Under the pieces are notes generated by a model. That model was given only the letters and a program-made list of their open reading frames with translations. It did no database searches and was not told the DNA's origin. From NCBI GenBank assembly GCA_965277715.1, contig OZ255836.1, positions 1,120,001 to 1,184,000 of the forward strand: a stretch of 64,000 nucleotides of DNA, read 5' to 3'. Below are positions 51,010 through 61,759 of the stretch, piece by piece. A program made the position numbers and the translations under genes. Each line of letters starts with the position of its first letter. Position 1 is the first letter of the stretch. The stretch is from Gammaproteobacteria bacterium (GTDB lineage Bacteria > Pseudomonadota > Gammaproteobacteria > JBCCGL01).

Positions 51010-54000
51010 GTGCGCTCAATGAAGGTAAAAAATACTGCTATCACCTATACCGCATATGACTATCAAACTCTGCAGGGAGTAAAGCTTATTGCAGACTGGC
51101 TTCGCAGCCCCACCAAATATTCAAGGGTGGCATTTGAGGCAGACGAAGACACCAATGAAACACCTGCGGGTATTGACGATATCGTCGGTGAGCGACCGGA
51201 TGGCACTAAGGATTTCTGGCAGGTTAAATTTACCCCGTCGCCACACAAAGATGAAAACCGACTTTCTTGGGATTGGCTGTTAAGCGTCTCAGGTAAGACC
51301 GAAAGGTCTCGTTCAATTTTAAAAAAACTCTACGACGCAATTGTTTCAGTTCCGGCTGAAAATCTAGGTGATGTAGTTTTACTAACAAATAAGCTGCCCG
51401 ATAGAGACATAGAAGGATGCCTTTCTGGAGCAAAAGTCCTATTTGAAAAGATAGATAACGTCACAAAAAGCCTTATCGTAAACCAGCTAGGAAGCGACAA
51501 AGAGGCTGAATATCTTTTTTCAAGATTAACAGTTCAACACAGTGACGCTGATTACCACGTTACTAAGCGTTCAGTACAAGCTGGGTTTTTGAATTTTTCT
51601 GATGATGCAGGGGTCGAGCGGCTAATTTCACGATCCCGTGAATGGGCAATGTTCAAGGACAATCCTCCTGGCGATGGGTGGATTCATCTTCACCATATTA
51701 GAGAAATTTTGTCACCCAGGCGCCTTGAGCCAATTCCAGAAATTTTCTTTGTACCAGATGATTATTGCCTTCCTGATGTGGATTTTCACAACAGGATGAT
51801 CGAAAGGATAGGCGCCTCGAATGGAGAGGTGATCACCTTAACTGGAAAACCCGGAGGCGGGAAAAGCACCTACCTTTCCTTTCTATGCGAGGAATTAGAA
51901 CGCAGTGAAATTCCATTTGTCCGGCACCACTATTTTTTGTCTCTGGGGGATTCCACAACTGATCGCCTGAGCCCTAGGATTGTTGCCGAATCTTTACTTC
52001 ACCAAATTAGCAGCATCCACAAAGATGCTGGGGCAAATACAAGCCAACCAGAGAACCTTTCTGAAGCGATAAGGACATGCGCAAATTACTACAACGAAAA
52101 AGGCAAACCGTTCGTTGTGCTCATAGATGGGCTAGATCATGTTTGGCGCGATAACGCCAAAAATAAAAAACCTTTGGATGAAATATTCAAGCAACTTCTT
52201 CCAGCTAAAGACAGCCTAGTCGTTATCATTGGAACTCAGCCAGTAGATGACAATCTTTTACCTAACATTTTGCTTTCTAACTCACCAAAGCAAAATTGGT
52301 ATTGGCTACCAGAGATGTCGGGCAATTCCATTTATGAGTTTTTGGAGTTTCATGTAGAAGCTGGACGATTATATCTAAACTGCCATGAAAGCCATCGTAA
52401 CGAAGAGATTAAAAATGGCGCTAACGAGTTACTTCAGATAACTAATGGCTATCCTCTTCATGTAATTTACTCAACTGAGTATATTTCGAGTCACGGACTA
52501 GCTCTATCCCAATGGAACATTGAACGACTTCCGCCCTGCACAGACGGAAATATTGCAAACTACTACAACGAATTATGGCAATCCCTTAATTACAGACAAA
52601 AAGATGTTCTTCACCTTGCCTGCGGATTTAAATTCGCTTGGCCTAGACAAGCGATCAGCAAGGTAGTAAAAAACGATGAGCATGATAAAGCGCCAAGTGT
52701 CGATGCTGTTTCTCATTTGCTGTCTGAAACCATCTCTGGTGTTAGTCCCTTCCACGAAAGCCTTGTGGTATTTGTTACAAGTCTCATCGATCATCAAGAA
52801 CGAATAAAAGCGTTGATTCAAGATGTCTGTGATTGGCTTCAATCAGAAGCGCCAACTCACCTCAAAGACCAGTGGCTTTGGTCCTGTCAAGCCTTGGGGG
52901 GCAACACCGCTGAGCTGCGCCAAGGCATAACGCGCGACTGGGTGTTGGATAGATTAGTTGTAGGCATGCCCGTTAATGCATGCATACGATTATTATCAGA
53001 GGCAGAAGTTTATGCCTTCGGCGACCGAAACTATGCAGAGGCCTACCGGCACAGACAGCTAAAAACTAGACTAATCAACGGTCCCGAATTTCAAACTCGG
53101 GATTCTACTTCGCTTGAAGTGCTGTCTGCAGTTGGCGCCGCCCCACATGCTCTCAACGAGATTTTATCCAGGGTAAATGAATACGGCCCCCTAAAACTAT
53201 CAATACTGTCAATGGTGATGTGGTTTCGTGGGGAAATTGAAAAAGCCACCGAATTATCCAGAAAGGCAATTGATCGTTACCGAGCCAAAACGAAATTATT
53301 AGCCTCACGAAGTTCACAAGATGAAGAAAGCGAAGCTCTCAACATAGTAAAAGCTGGCACACTAACCGATAGCCTTAACTACGACGCCATATTTGATGAA
53401 GGCAACTTTGCTAAATGGCCAGATGGTTACATCACCAGCTTCAGATCCGCATGTCTTATCAAAAAGGATATAGATCTTCTGATGCGGGCTTGGAAATGCT
53501 TAGCTAGCAAATCGCCACACATTAGAAATATCGAGCTGGATGCTATTAGATTGAGTATTTTGGAAGACGCTGATATCTGCTGCTGGCCGGAGTACCAAAA
53601 CTTTTCTTCTCAAGAACTCAGTGGATTTTTAGGGGCATATTCTAAGGAAACACCAAGCGATATCCAGGCAGAGATTTTTGATAGTGAAAATCAGACGGCC
53701 TATAGAGTAGCAACTTCACAGAATTATCACACTTGGTTCTTCTCAGCATTGCAACTCAGAATTTGTGCTGAGGGAAATTTTAGCTGGCTACCTGTACGAG
53801 CGGAATCTGAAAGGGTAGACGTTTCAGATCACTATGATCTGCTAAACGAACTGGCAAATATTGTTGGGGTCGAGGTTCTGGCCGGAAACGCATTAACCTT
53901 CGATCTAATCTGCTCGCTGTTTCCAAACAATTCAAATCTTGATGACGCTCATTGGGAAAAGCGCAGAGCAGACATTTCATTTAAGAGAGAATGGATCGAA

Positions 54001-56790
54001 ATTGCTGCAGATTGCCACTTGTTAACATGCCAACGAAAAATATCGTCTGACGAGTTCGATAATGTTTTAAATTATGGCGTTTTTCGATCCGCCTGGCTCA
54101 GACTCTGGTACAAAGAGCTAAAGCTTGAACTGTTATCTGAAGGCGCAGCAAGACTGTTGATTGACCGAGAAATATTGCGCCAAGAAAGCGAGCTAGAGGA
54201 AACAATCGAAAACTCAAATGCGTACCTAGAACTTGCAGAAATAGCCTTTCAACACGATATTCAAGAATATTTCGAGAAATGCTTGAGGACCGCATGGGAC
54301 TTTGTTCTCGGATATGGACACCACAAAGACCCAACTATATTTGATGTTCTTAATGCAATTGAGTATCTATCAAAAAAAGACCCTAAATCTTCACTACAGA
54401 TATTGGAAAGAATTTCACCTATCGTGTTTAACATTTCCAAGTTTACAGATGGGGATGAAACTAGGCATTCCAAACACTCGATATCATCATTGGTGGCAAA
54501 GCTGAATCCTCAAACTGCCGCTTCAATATATGACCAAGAGCTTCGCGATGGCGAATGGTACTATGCAGAAAAGACCATTCAAAGACTATTTGAACGATCC
54601 GATTTATCATTAGCAATTGCTGGACAGCTGTTTCTGACCGGATTGCCATCTTCATGCTACGAGCCTATTAGAAAGCTGCATGAATCAGGGGATGCCAATG
54701 CCATAGATATCGCTTCAAATATTAAAAATTTACTAGACATCGACGTTCTCGATCAATCTAACGAAAACATAACAAAGTCAGATGAATTTGACGAAAAAAT
54801 CACATTAAGTTCGGCAGACTACCCTCCTGAATCCTTTGAGCAATTATCAGATGATTTGAAAGGAAAAATAAGCACTGGAAAATTTTGGAAGCGTTGGTAC
54901 CAATTCTGGCTAGAACAAGATAAAGAACCTGAGCTCATCCAATATTTGATGCCTCACACCCTGTCATTCGCAGAACGTTATGACGACAAACGATGTCTTT
55001 TGGATTTGCTATTTCGAAGCCAGAGAAAGATATCAGGAAAAACTAAGGCTTTTGATTTATTGGCGTTGGCACACAACGCGATGAATGGTTGGTCCAACTG
55101 GTTTGAAAGTTCTGAGAAAAGCATTGAAAGGCTTGATATTGTTGCAACTCAATACGCCAGCAAAATTGACGAATTCATTAGGCTGACAACTGAACAACCA
55201 GACACCTGGAAGGATAAATTTGGCAGCTTAATCATACCCAATGACAAGCTCGTATTTTTGCTTTCACAAGCAGGAAGGATAGATGAGGCGATAAAGCTAA
55301 CCATCGCCATGGTAGAAGGATTAGAGGACAGTGTCCGTAGTCTTAATTTGCCCAAGCCTAATTGGGATTGGGGAACTTCTGACACTCTCGATGACGCCTT
55401 GAGCAAACTGTTAATTTCAAGGCTAAAATGTCCTATCCCGTCAGTTAAACTATGGACTATCGAACAGATTTCTCGTCTTCTGAGCAGCCAGCAACCAAAA
55501 ATTGAGTCTTTGTTAGTGCAAGATTTGGCTGGCCGCAAACAAGAGTCTGAATGCGTAGAGGTGCTTTGCGTTTTTCATGTCGCGCAATCAAAAGGATATG
55601 CATGCCCTCAAGATCTTGGACGATATATCAAGGCAAGATCAACACTGTCTGACTTGCTTATAAAAAGCCTAACACAAAGCCCAAGTGAATTCGGTGAATA
55701 TGCATACCCATTTACACCAGACATTTGTCTCGGGGTTGATAACCATAGATTCAGCTACTTTCAAGGCAGCCACGTCCCGCGTCTATATTATTCATGGTTA
55801 AAGAAAGAAGAGAACCAAACTGGGATACCTTTCACAAGGTATTATGAGTTAGAGTGGTGTAATACTTTCGAATATTTGTCACCGGCTGAAGCACAGATTG
55901 ATTTTTTTCTTGGCAGCGACCGTCAACGCTCTACTGGCCAGTTTTACACACAAGCTAGCCATCGCGGGCGATCTGCTTATCTACGAACTATTGAGGTAGC
56001 AAAGCAATTCTATGGCATGCCAGAAACTTATGCTGAACACCTCTCGATACTTGCGCTGCCAATAGAGCCTGCATACACGGGGATAAAACCCAATAAACCC
56101 GCTTGGTTGCCAAAATGGGACAGCAATTGGAATGCAGATGTGGATGGCATAGCTCAGTTTATTAAGCTTGCTTTAGGCAATTTCGACTCAATCAAGGGCT
56201 CGCAATGCTTATTGGCTTTTTCACTACCAATCAAAATTGACGAAAACACGTGGATTGATGTGACAGTCGTAAAAGCTTCTGTTATCCAAAAATCCGGAGA
56301 GGATTTTGAAATAGAAGAACGCTCTGGATGTATTTCTATAGGAAATCTACTTGATCCAGAACTCACCTACGAGTTTCAAGATGACGATCAAATTCCAAGT
56401 GAGGTAATGGCCACTACACCATACCCATTCAACAGATATGGGCATTGGCATTCTGATATGGAGGCACGCGGTCTATACGTTCCAAAGAGCAATATTAAAG
56501 ACAAAAGAATTGTCGGCAAAGCTGTCGATGGTGCTTTCTGTTATTACCTTGGTGGATCAAATATAGGATTTTCCCTATTTTGGTTCTCTGGATGGCAGCC
56601 AAACCATCCTAAAGGTATTCGATCTCTCTGTGGCTCTTCGACAGTGATTTACAACAAAGGACTTGTTGACTGGTACAGGGCAAACGAATCATCAGTTAGC
56701 TTTGTATATGTATGTAAAGCCAAGGTTCTTTCATCGACAGATAGTTATCGTGACTTCGATGAGCAAGAACTGAGCTTCGTGATCACTTAA
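51010..56790 (+). CDS. Large STAND/NACHT NTPase with an N-terminal PD-(D/E)xK-type nuclease (Avs-like)
   Basis: N-terminal YDYQ...IDDIV...WQVK, Walker A GKPGGGKST, Walker B LIDGLD, and a long helical C-terminus with GYGHHKD and TDGDET. Start is GTG 51010 or ATG 51019. Confidence 0.75.
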   Translation: MRSMKVKNTAITYTAYDYQTLQGVKLIADWLRSPTKYSRVAFEADEDTNETPAGIDDIVGERPDGTKDFWQVKFTPSPHKDENRLSWDWLLSVSGKTERSRSILKKLYDAIVSVPAENLGDVVLLTNKLPDRDIEGCLSGAKVLFEKIDNVTKSLIVNQLGSDKEAEYLFSRLTVQHSDADYHVTKRSVQAGFLNFSDDAGVERLISRSREWAMFKDNPPGDGWIHLHHIREILSPRRLEPIPEIFFVPDDYCLPDVDFHNRMIERIGASNGEVITLTGKPGGGKSTYLSFLCEELERSEIPFVRHHYFLSLGDSTTDRLSPRIVAESLLHQISSIHKDAGANTSQPENLSEAIRTCANYYNEKGKPFVVLIDGLDHVWRDNAKNKKPLDEIFKQLLPAKDSLVVIIGTQPVDDNLLPNILLSNSPKQNWYWLPEMSGNSIYEFLEFHVEAGRLYLNCHESHRNEEIKNGANELLQITNGYPLHVIYSTEYISSHGLALSQWNIERLPPCTDGNIANYYNELWQSLNYRQKDVLHLACGFKFAWPRQAISKVVKNDEHDKAPSVDAVSHLLSETISGVSPFHESLVVFVTSLIDHQERIKALIQDVCDWLQSEAPTHLKDQWLWSCQALGGNTAELRQGITRDWVLDRLVVGMPVNACIRLLSEAEVYAFGDRNYAEAYRHRQLKTRLINGPEFQTRDSTSLEVLSAVGAAPHALNEILSRVNEYGPLKLSILSMVMWFRGEIEKATELSRKAIDRYRAKTKLLASRSSQDEESEALNIVKAGTLTDSLNYDAIFDEGNFAKWPDGYITSFRSACLIKKDIDLLMRAWKCLASKSPHIRNIELDAIRLSILEDADICCWPEYQNFSSQELSGFLGAYSKETPSDIQAEIFDSENQTAYRVATSQNYHTWFFSALQLRICAEGNFSWLPVRAESERVDVSDHYDLLNELANIVGVEVLAGNALTFDLICSLFPNNSNLDDAHWEKRRADISFKREWIEIAADCHLLTCQRKISSDEFDNVLNYGVFRSAWLRLWYKELKLELLSEGAARLLIDREILRQESELEETIENSNAYLELAEIAFQHDIQEYFEKCLRTAWDFVLGYGHHKDPTIFDVLNAIEYLSKKDPKSSLQILERISPIVFNISKFTDGDETRHSKHSISSLVAKLNPQTAASIYDQELRDGEWYYAEKTIQRLFERSDLSLAIAGQLFLTGLPSSCYEPIRKLHESGDANAIDIASNIKNLLDIDVLDQSNENITKSDEFDEKITLSSADYPPESFEQLSDDLKGKISTGKFWKRWYQFWLEQDKEPELIQYLMPHTLSFAERYDDKRCLLDLLFRSQRKISGKTKAFDLLALAHNAMNGWSNWFESSEKSIERLDIVATQYASKIDEFIRLTTEQPDTWKDKFGSLIIPNDKLVFLLSQAGRIDEAIKLTIAMVEGLEDSVRSLNLPKPNWDWGTSDTLDDALSKLLISRLKCPIPSVKLWTIEQISRLLSSQQPKIESLLVQDLAGRKQESECVEVLCVFHVAQSKGYACPQDLGRYIKARSTLSDLLIKSLTQSPSEFGEYAYPFTPDICLGVDNHRFSYFQGSHVPRLYYSWLKKEENQTGIPFTRYYELEWCNTFEYLSPAEAQIDFFLGSDRQRSTGQFYTQASHRGRSAYLRTIEVAKQFYGMPETYAEHLSILALPIEPAYTGIKPNKPAWLPKWDSNWNADVDGIAQFIKLALGNFDSIKGSQCLLAFSLPIKIDENTWIDVTVVKASVIQKSGEDFEIEERSGCISIGNLLDPELTYEFQDDDQIPSEVMATTPYPFNRYGHWHSDMEARGLYVPKSNIKDKRIVGKAVDGAFCYYLGGSNIGFSLFWFSGWQPNHPKGIRSLCGSSTVIYNKGLVDWYRANESSVSFVYVCKAKVLSSTDSYRDFDEQELSFVIT

Positions 56791-57073
56791 ACTGTCTGCC
56801 CGGCGCGTAGGCGTTCGCTAATGTTAAGATATACATTAAAGACTCGCAACTTCGCCTCTTGAGCAGTCCATTTAGCCTCCTCCCTCCAGCCCAAACCCAG
56901 CGCATGAACTGTTCGTAAGCGCCAAAGAATAGACGTCTACCAATTACTCTGATCGCCCTTCACACTGCACCACAGCAACCGAATACCCGCATAGGCCCCC
57001 TGTGTCAGGCTAGTTGTCCCCCTCCCTAAATTGGGATTCAATAAGTTATTACAGGAGGCAAAGAGAGAGTGGT

Positions 57074-57568
57074 ATGCGTTATCCAATAGAAAGAAAGGCC
57101 GCTGTTTTAAAGAAGATGCTGCCGCCGAACAATCAGACAATTTCCCGGTTAGCCAAAGAAGAAGGCATTGCACAAGGTACGCTTTATAGTTGGCGAGCCC
57201 CAGCAAGAGCGAAAGGCGAACTCATGCCAGATGGCGATTTGACACCAGCAGGTTGGGGTTCTTCGGATAAGTTTTCAGCGGTTCTGGAAAGTGCGTCATT
57301 AAGCGAAACAGACCTTTCAGCTTATTGCCGTCATCGTGGTTTGTACCCTGATCAGATTAAGGCGTGGCGAATGGCTTGTGAACAAGCCAATGACTGGGAT
57401 CGCGCCCAAACGAAACGTTTACAAACCAGTCGTAGAGAAGCGGATAAGCGTATTAAACGTCTCGAACAAGACCTACACCGAAAGGAGAAAGCGTTAGCCG
57501 AAACAGCCGCTTTGCTGGTGCTTAGAAAAAAGGCCCAAGCGATCTGGGGGGAGGGAGAGGACGAATGA
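57074..57568 (+). CDS. IS3-family transposase OrfA
   Basis: HTH-containing MRYPIERKAAVLKKMLPP...ALAETAALLVLRKKA. Confidence 0.8.
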   Translation: MRYPIERKAAVLKKMLPPNNQTISRLAKEEGIAQGTLYSWRAPARAKGELMPDGDLTPAGWGSSDKFSAVLESASLSETDLSAYCRHRGLYPDQIKAWRMACEQANDWDRAQTKRLQTSRREADKRIKRLEQDLHRKEKALAETAALLVLRKKAQAIWGEGEDE

Positions 57569-58644
57569 CCTGCCATTCAGATCGCCAAAATAGTATCCGT
57601 TTAATCAAAGAGGCCGTTGTCGCTGGCGCTACATTAAGCAAAGCGTGCAAAGTGCTTGAGTGACACCCTAAGACGTACCGACGCTGGGCAAACGCGGGTA
57701 CTGTCCGTGCTGATGGCAGACCCAGCGCTCATCGACAGGCGCCTGGTAATAAGTTCACAGCAGAAGAGCGGGCATTGATTGTCACCACCTGTAATGAAGC
57801 GAACTACCAAGCGCTACCCCCCTCGCAAATTGTGCCCAAATTGGCGGATGAAGGTGTGTATATTGGGTCAGAGTCAAGCTTCTATCGGGTGTTAAAGTCG
57901 GAAAACCAACTGCAGCGGCAAGGTAAGGCGGCGGCGCCTAAAAAACGGCACAAACCTAACAGCTACCTGGCATCAAGGCCAAACGAGGTGTGGTCTTGGG
58001 ATATTACCTTTTTGAAATCGAACATAACAGGGTGGTTTTACCGGCTTTATATGATGATGGATATTTACAGTCGTAAAATTGTTGCCTGGGAAGTACATGA
58101 CAGTGAATCGGCTGATCTGGCAGCGGCGCTGATCCAGCGTGCCTGTTTAGCGCAGGGGTGCAGCCAAAGTCAATTGGTATTACACGCGGATAATGGTGGC
58201 CCGATGAAAGGTGCTACCATGTTAGCAAAACTGCAATGGTTGGGTGTGATACCTTCGTTTAGCAGGCCATCGGTAAGCGATGATAATCCTTATTCAGAAA
58301 GTCTGTTTAGAACCTTAAAATACACGCCTGCCTATCCGTCAAAGCCATTTGATAGTTTAGCCTCTGCGCGAAACTGGGTGCATGGATTTGTGCAATGGTA
58401 CAACGACTCTCATTGCCATAGCGGCATTGGGTTTGTGACACCAGCCTCGCGTCATAAAGGCGAAGACCACGCGATACTGGCAGCCAGAAAAGCAGTTTAT
58501 GAACAAGCAAAGGCCAAACACCCTGAACGCTGGAGTCAGGATATTAAACACCTCGAACCTGTATCGGGGGTGTGGTTAAACCCGGAAAAGGAAGGCTTGG
58601 CCATGAGACAAAAGCATAATGGAATTGAAAAGCAAGTAGCATAG
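57565..58644 (+). pseudogene. IS3-family transposase OrfB (DDE) with a premature stop
   Basis: ATG at 57565 and in-frame TGA at 57661. Motifs WSWDIT, HADNG and DNPYSESLFRTLK. Confidence 0.8.
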
Positions 58645-58684
58645 TAAAACGGACAACTATCTTGACAAACACCGTAGGTGTAGT

Positions 58685-59002
58685 ATGAGCAATAAAGAAC
58701 GTGCGTTGTACTGGCGCAATCAAATTGAACAATGGCAAGCATCCGGTTTGAGTGGTGCGCAGTTTTGCCAGGATAACGGCATCAACTTGAAGCCGTTTTA
58801 CTATTGGAGCCGTAAATGTTCCCGTAAAACTATTCAAGCAGTGCAGAGTAACATGCCTGTAGCAGGCTTTACCCAAGTGATGGTGGCTGATAGGCAAAGG
58901 GCTGATCCGGGTTTGTGTTTTACGTTGGCCAATGGCTGTGCCATTTCTGGCATTACCGCCGCTAACGTGACGTTAGTTGGCGCGTTACTGGCGCAGTTAT
59001 GA
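58685..59002 (+). CDS. tnpA: IS66 accessory protein TnpA
   Basis: W...SGLS..QFC...I....FYYW motif, coupled to tnpB. Confidence 0.8.
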   Translation: MSNKERALYWRNQIEQWQASGLSGAQFCQDNGINLKPFYYWSRKCSRKTIQAVQSNMPVAGFTQVMVADRQRADPGLCFTLANGCAISGITAANVTLVGALLAQL

Positions 59003-59367
59003 CGGCCCGTTATTTGCGACTATCGCTCGATATTCCAAAGGTGTTTTTATACCGAGAGGCGGTGGACTTTCGTAAGCAAAGCAATGGCCTTGCGGCCATT
59101 GTTGAGCGAGAGCTGGGTCACAACCTGTTTGATGGTGGCTTATACGTGTTTACCAATCGCCGCCGCAACAAAATCAAGTGTCTGATGTGGGAGGACAACG
59201 GTTTTGTACTGTATTACAAAGCCTTGGCCGAAGAGCAATTTAAGTGGCCTGACCTCGATGAGGAAATCATTTCACTGACCGGCACACAAATAAATTGGTT
59301 GCTTGATGGCTATGATTTAGCCGCAATGAAAGGCCACAAAGTATTGCATTATGAATCTGTTTTTTAG
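58999..59367 (+). CDS. tnpB: IS66 accessory protein TnpB
   Basis: Motifs VDFRK..NGL, FTNRRR.KIK.L.W...GF and WLLDG. Confidence 0.9.
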   Translation: MTARYLRLSLDIPKVFLYREAVDFRKQSNGLAAIVERELGHNLFDGGLYVFTNRRRNKIKCLMWEDNGFVLYYKALAEEQFKWPDLDEEIISLTGTQINWLLDGYDLAAMKGHKVLHYESVF

Positions 59368-59374
59368 CCCATTG

Positions 59375-59564
59375 TTGAATTCAGGCTAAAGTGAACCGTC
59401 CCCGCACGATACGGTGTTTGAAATTCAGTGATGGAGGGGCGGGAAGCTATCCGGTGTTCAATGTTGGCACAGCGCGATTGAATCGCCGTCGGTAAACCAC
59501 CTCAAGTTGTTGACTATCGCTGATCCATTGATCCACAGGAATACCCAGACGCTTGAGTATTGGC
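59375..59564 (+). repeat. 190-bp direct repeat, copy 1 (3' end and downstream flank of the RAYT-like transposase)
   Basis: Collinear with 61570-61759, with scattered substitutions. Confidence 0.85.
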
Positions 59565-59674
59565 TATATAGTGCCTGTCCTATTTTGTTCTATACATAGG
59601 GACCTCGACATGGGGGTAGTTTATGTTCGGTACAATATAATGCTACATTTGCCCCTTAATCTTTTAGCAACTTG

Positions 59675-60250
59675 TTATAAGGAAGTTAGTAGGCGTTTGA
59701 CACCTGCTATAAAAATATTGAAGCTGTGAGAACGGTTTTTGTTAATGTCCATATAGGGACCAATAGCTCTCGCTCCTCCTATTTTTTGATATTTTTTGTT
59801 CGTTATTTTTTCCAATTCTTCTTTGGCATTCCCCAACGCGTCAGGGTTGCGAAACTTTTTGTTGTTTTGTTGCTTGGACAGATTCTTAACATCAAGGCCT
59901 GACGCAACTGCTTGCAGGTCGCCTAGATACCAACTCTCCAATTCATGGCATGCTATACGAACTAGAAAGTAGGGTTTTCCCGCTTTTTTGCATTTGTCCA
60001 GCAGTTCACGTTTTATCAACTTGCAGTCCCCGCTATCCTGATCCCGCAAAATCACAAAGGCGGCATTAGGGTTCTGCCAGGCCCTTAATTTACCCAATAC
60101 CCTCTTTTCCAAGTCCTGTTTACCTTCAAAAGGTATACACAAAACTCGGATATCATCAGGAATGACTTGGGGCAACAAACCTGTCTCCAGCAGTACCTTG
60201 GCGCTCATTTCTTCCAAAAATACCACTAATTCGTCGATACCCTGGTTCAT
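59675..60250 (-). CDS. DUF4276-like (TOPRIM/RloB-like) protein
   Basis: Motifs FLEE.S, RDQD and ELESWYLGD. ATGA-coupled to the upstream ATPase. Confidence 0.75.
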   Translation of the reverse strand: MNQGIDELVVFLEEMSAKVLLETGLLPQVIPDDIRVLCIPFEGKQDLEKRVLGKLRAWQNPNAAFVILRDQDSGDCKLIKRELLDKCKKAGKPYFLVRIACHELESWYLGDLQAVASGLDVKNLSKQQNNKKFRNPDALGNAKEELEKITNKKYQKIGGARAIGPYMDINKNRSHSFNIFIAGVKRLLTSL

Positions 60251-61458
60251 TTAGGGTCGGCCCCGTCAAACAACCCCTGCTTCCATAAATATCCCATCTG
60301 ATCGCCCTCTTCCATAAAAACCACCAATTGCTTGGATTCATTGGCGCGTTTAATCTGCGTTACACCTGCTTCTTTCACCAACCAGAATACTTCATCAATA
60401 GTGGCTGCGTTCAAGAAGTCGGGGGAATGGGTGGAAACAAAAACCTGCCCGCCTCGATTGGCATAATCACGAAACTCTTCAGCCAGTTCAGGTAACAAAT
60501 TTACGTAAAGTTGATTTTCCGGCTCTTCGATACAAAGAACCGGGTGGGGCTTGGGGTCGTAAAGCAAAACCAGATAGGCAAACATTTTTATGGTGCCATC
60601 TGAAACATAGCGATCAACAAAAGGGTCTTTAAAGGCGCCGTCCTGAAAACCAAGCAATAATCGCCCATCTTCAGTGCTTATGGTTTGTATATCCGTAACC
60701 CCTGGTACTCGATGTTTCATGGCCGTTTTAATTTTGGCAAAGATATCGCTATGGTTTTCATAAATGTTACGTGCAACCAGTTGTAGGTTATCGCCGGTAT
60801 CGGATAAATGATCTTCGTATCCGGTGGCATCCTTGGCACCGCGAGCGGCGTTAATATGAAAATCGGAAACGTGCCAATTTTCTATAAGCTGGCGAAAGGC
60901 ACTAGCGGCCTTAAAACGCGAAAACTGGCCCAAACCTTTAATAGCCAACACGTCCTCGGAGTCCAGTACCTGTTCCTCTCGGGCAAGTTCTTCGTCTGTT
61001 TTAGTGGAATCCTCTTCGTTGGTAATGGCATAACCTTTGCCGTTACTAAAATCAAGAAAGTGATACGGATGGCCATGCCTGCCGCGCTTATAGCGTAGCC
61101 TTTCTCTCTTAACATAAGCTTTTCCCAACTTTTGAGCCAACGTTAAGGAATAGGTTACCAGACGTTTTTTACCCGCGATTTGTATGCGGAACTGAATTTC
61201 AAAAAAAATTTCGTCATCTTCCGCTTCCCGGCTAAGCACCTCCTTAAAACCTCCACGGCGTTGAATCGCCGAGCGAACATTGTAGATAAGACAATCCTTG
61301 AGAAACCCAAAAACATCAAACAGTGTGGTCTTACCGGTTCCATTGGCGCCGACAATGACACACAGATTGGGAATGTCTGTCATTTTTATGTTACGCAGCA
61401 CCTTGTAGTTCTTAACGTGCAGAGTTTCTATACGCATGTTGGAAATTTCCGGGTTCAA
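60247..61458 (-). CDS. ABC-type (AAA_21-like) ATPase
   Basis: Motifs GANGTGKT, SDGT, IEEPEN and STHS. Confidence 0.85.
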   Translation of the reverse strand: MNPEISNMRIETLHVKNYKVLRNIKMTDIPNLCVIVGANGTGKTTLFDVFGFLKDCLIYNVRSAIQRRGGFKEVLSREAEDDEIFFEIQFRIQIAGKKRLVTYSLTLAQKLGKAYVKRERLRYKRGRHGHPYHFLDFSNGKGYAITNEEDSTKTDEELAREEQVLDSEDVLAIKGLGQFSRFKAASAFRQLIENWHVSDFHINAARGAKDATGYEDHLSDTGDNLQLVARNIYENHSDIFAKIKTAMKHRVPGVTDIQTISTEDGRLLLGFQDGAFKDPFVDRYVSDGTIKMFAYLVLLYDPKPHPVLCIEEPENQLYVNLLPELAEEFRDYANRGGQVFVSTHSPDFLNAATIDEVFWLVKEAGVTQIKRANESKQLVVFMEEGDQMGYLWKQGLFDGADPK

Positions 61459-61569
61459 CTTCTCTTAATTCTACACTAGTGTTCATTCGACACATCAACC
61501 AACAAATACCTTGGCCCCGCCCCTGATGTGGCAAAGTTCGATGGAATCAGACGTTACCCCAGCATTTTA

Positions 61570-61759
61570 TTGAATTCAGGCTAAGGTTAACCGTCCCCGA
61601 ACGATACGGCGCTTGAAATTCAGTGAAGGAAGGGGTGGGAAGCTATCCGGTGTTCAATGTTGGCACAGCGCGATTGAATCGCCGTCGGTAAACCACCTCA
61701 AATGTTGACTATTGCTGATCCATTGATCCACAGGAATATCCAGACGCTTGAGTATCGGC
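61570..61759 (+). repeat. 190-bp direct repeat, copy 2
   Basis: Collinear with 59375-59564 and overlaps the 3' end of the RAYT-like gene. Confidence 0.85.

Larger units (their letters stand above)
56996..58674 (+). mobile_element. IS3-family-like element with a 4-bp TAGG target duplication
   Basis: IRs TGTCAGGCTAGTTGTCC (57003) and GGACAACTATCTTGACA (58651-58667). TAGG occurs at 56992-56995 and 58675-58678. Confidence 0.8.
56915..59374 (+). mobile_element. Truncated IS66-family element (left end, tnpA, tnpB; no tnpC) containing a nested IS3-like element
   Basis: GTAAGCGCC terminus at 56915, with tnpA and tnpB downstream. Confidence 0.75.
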
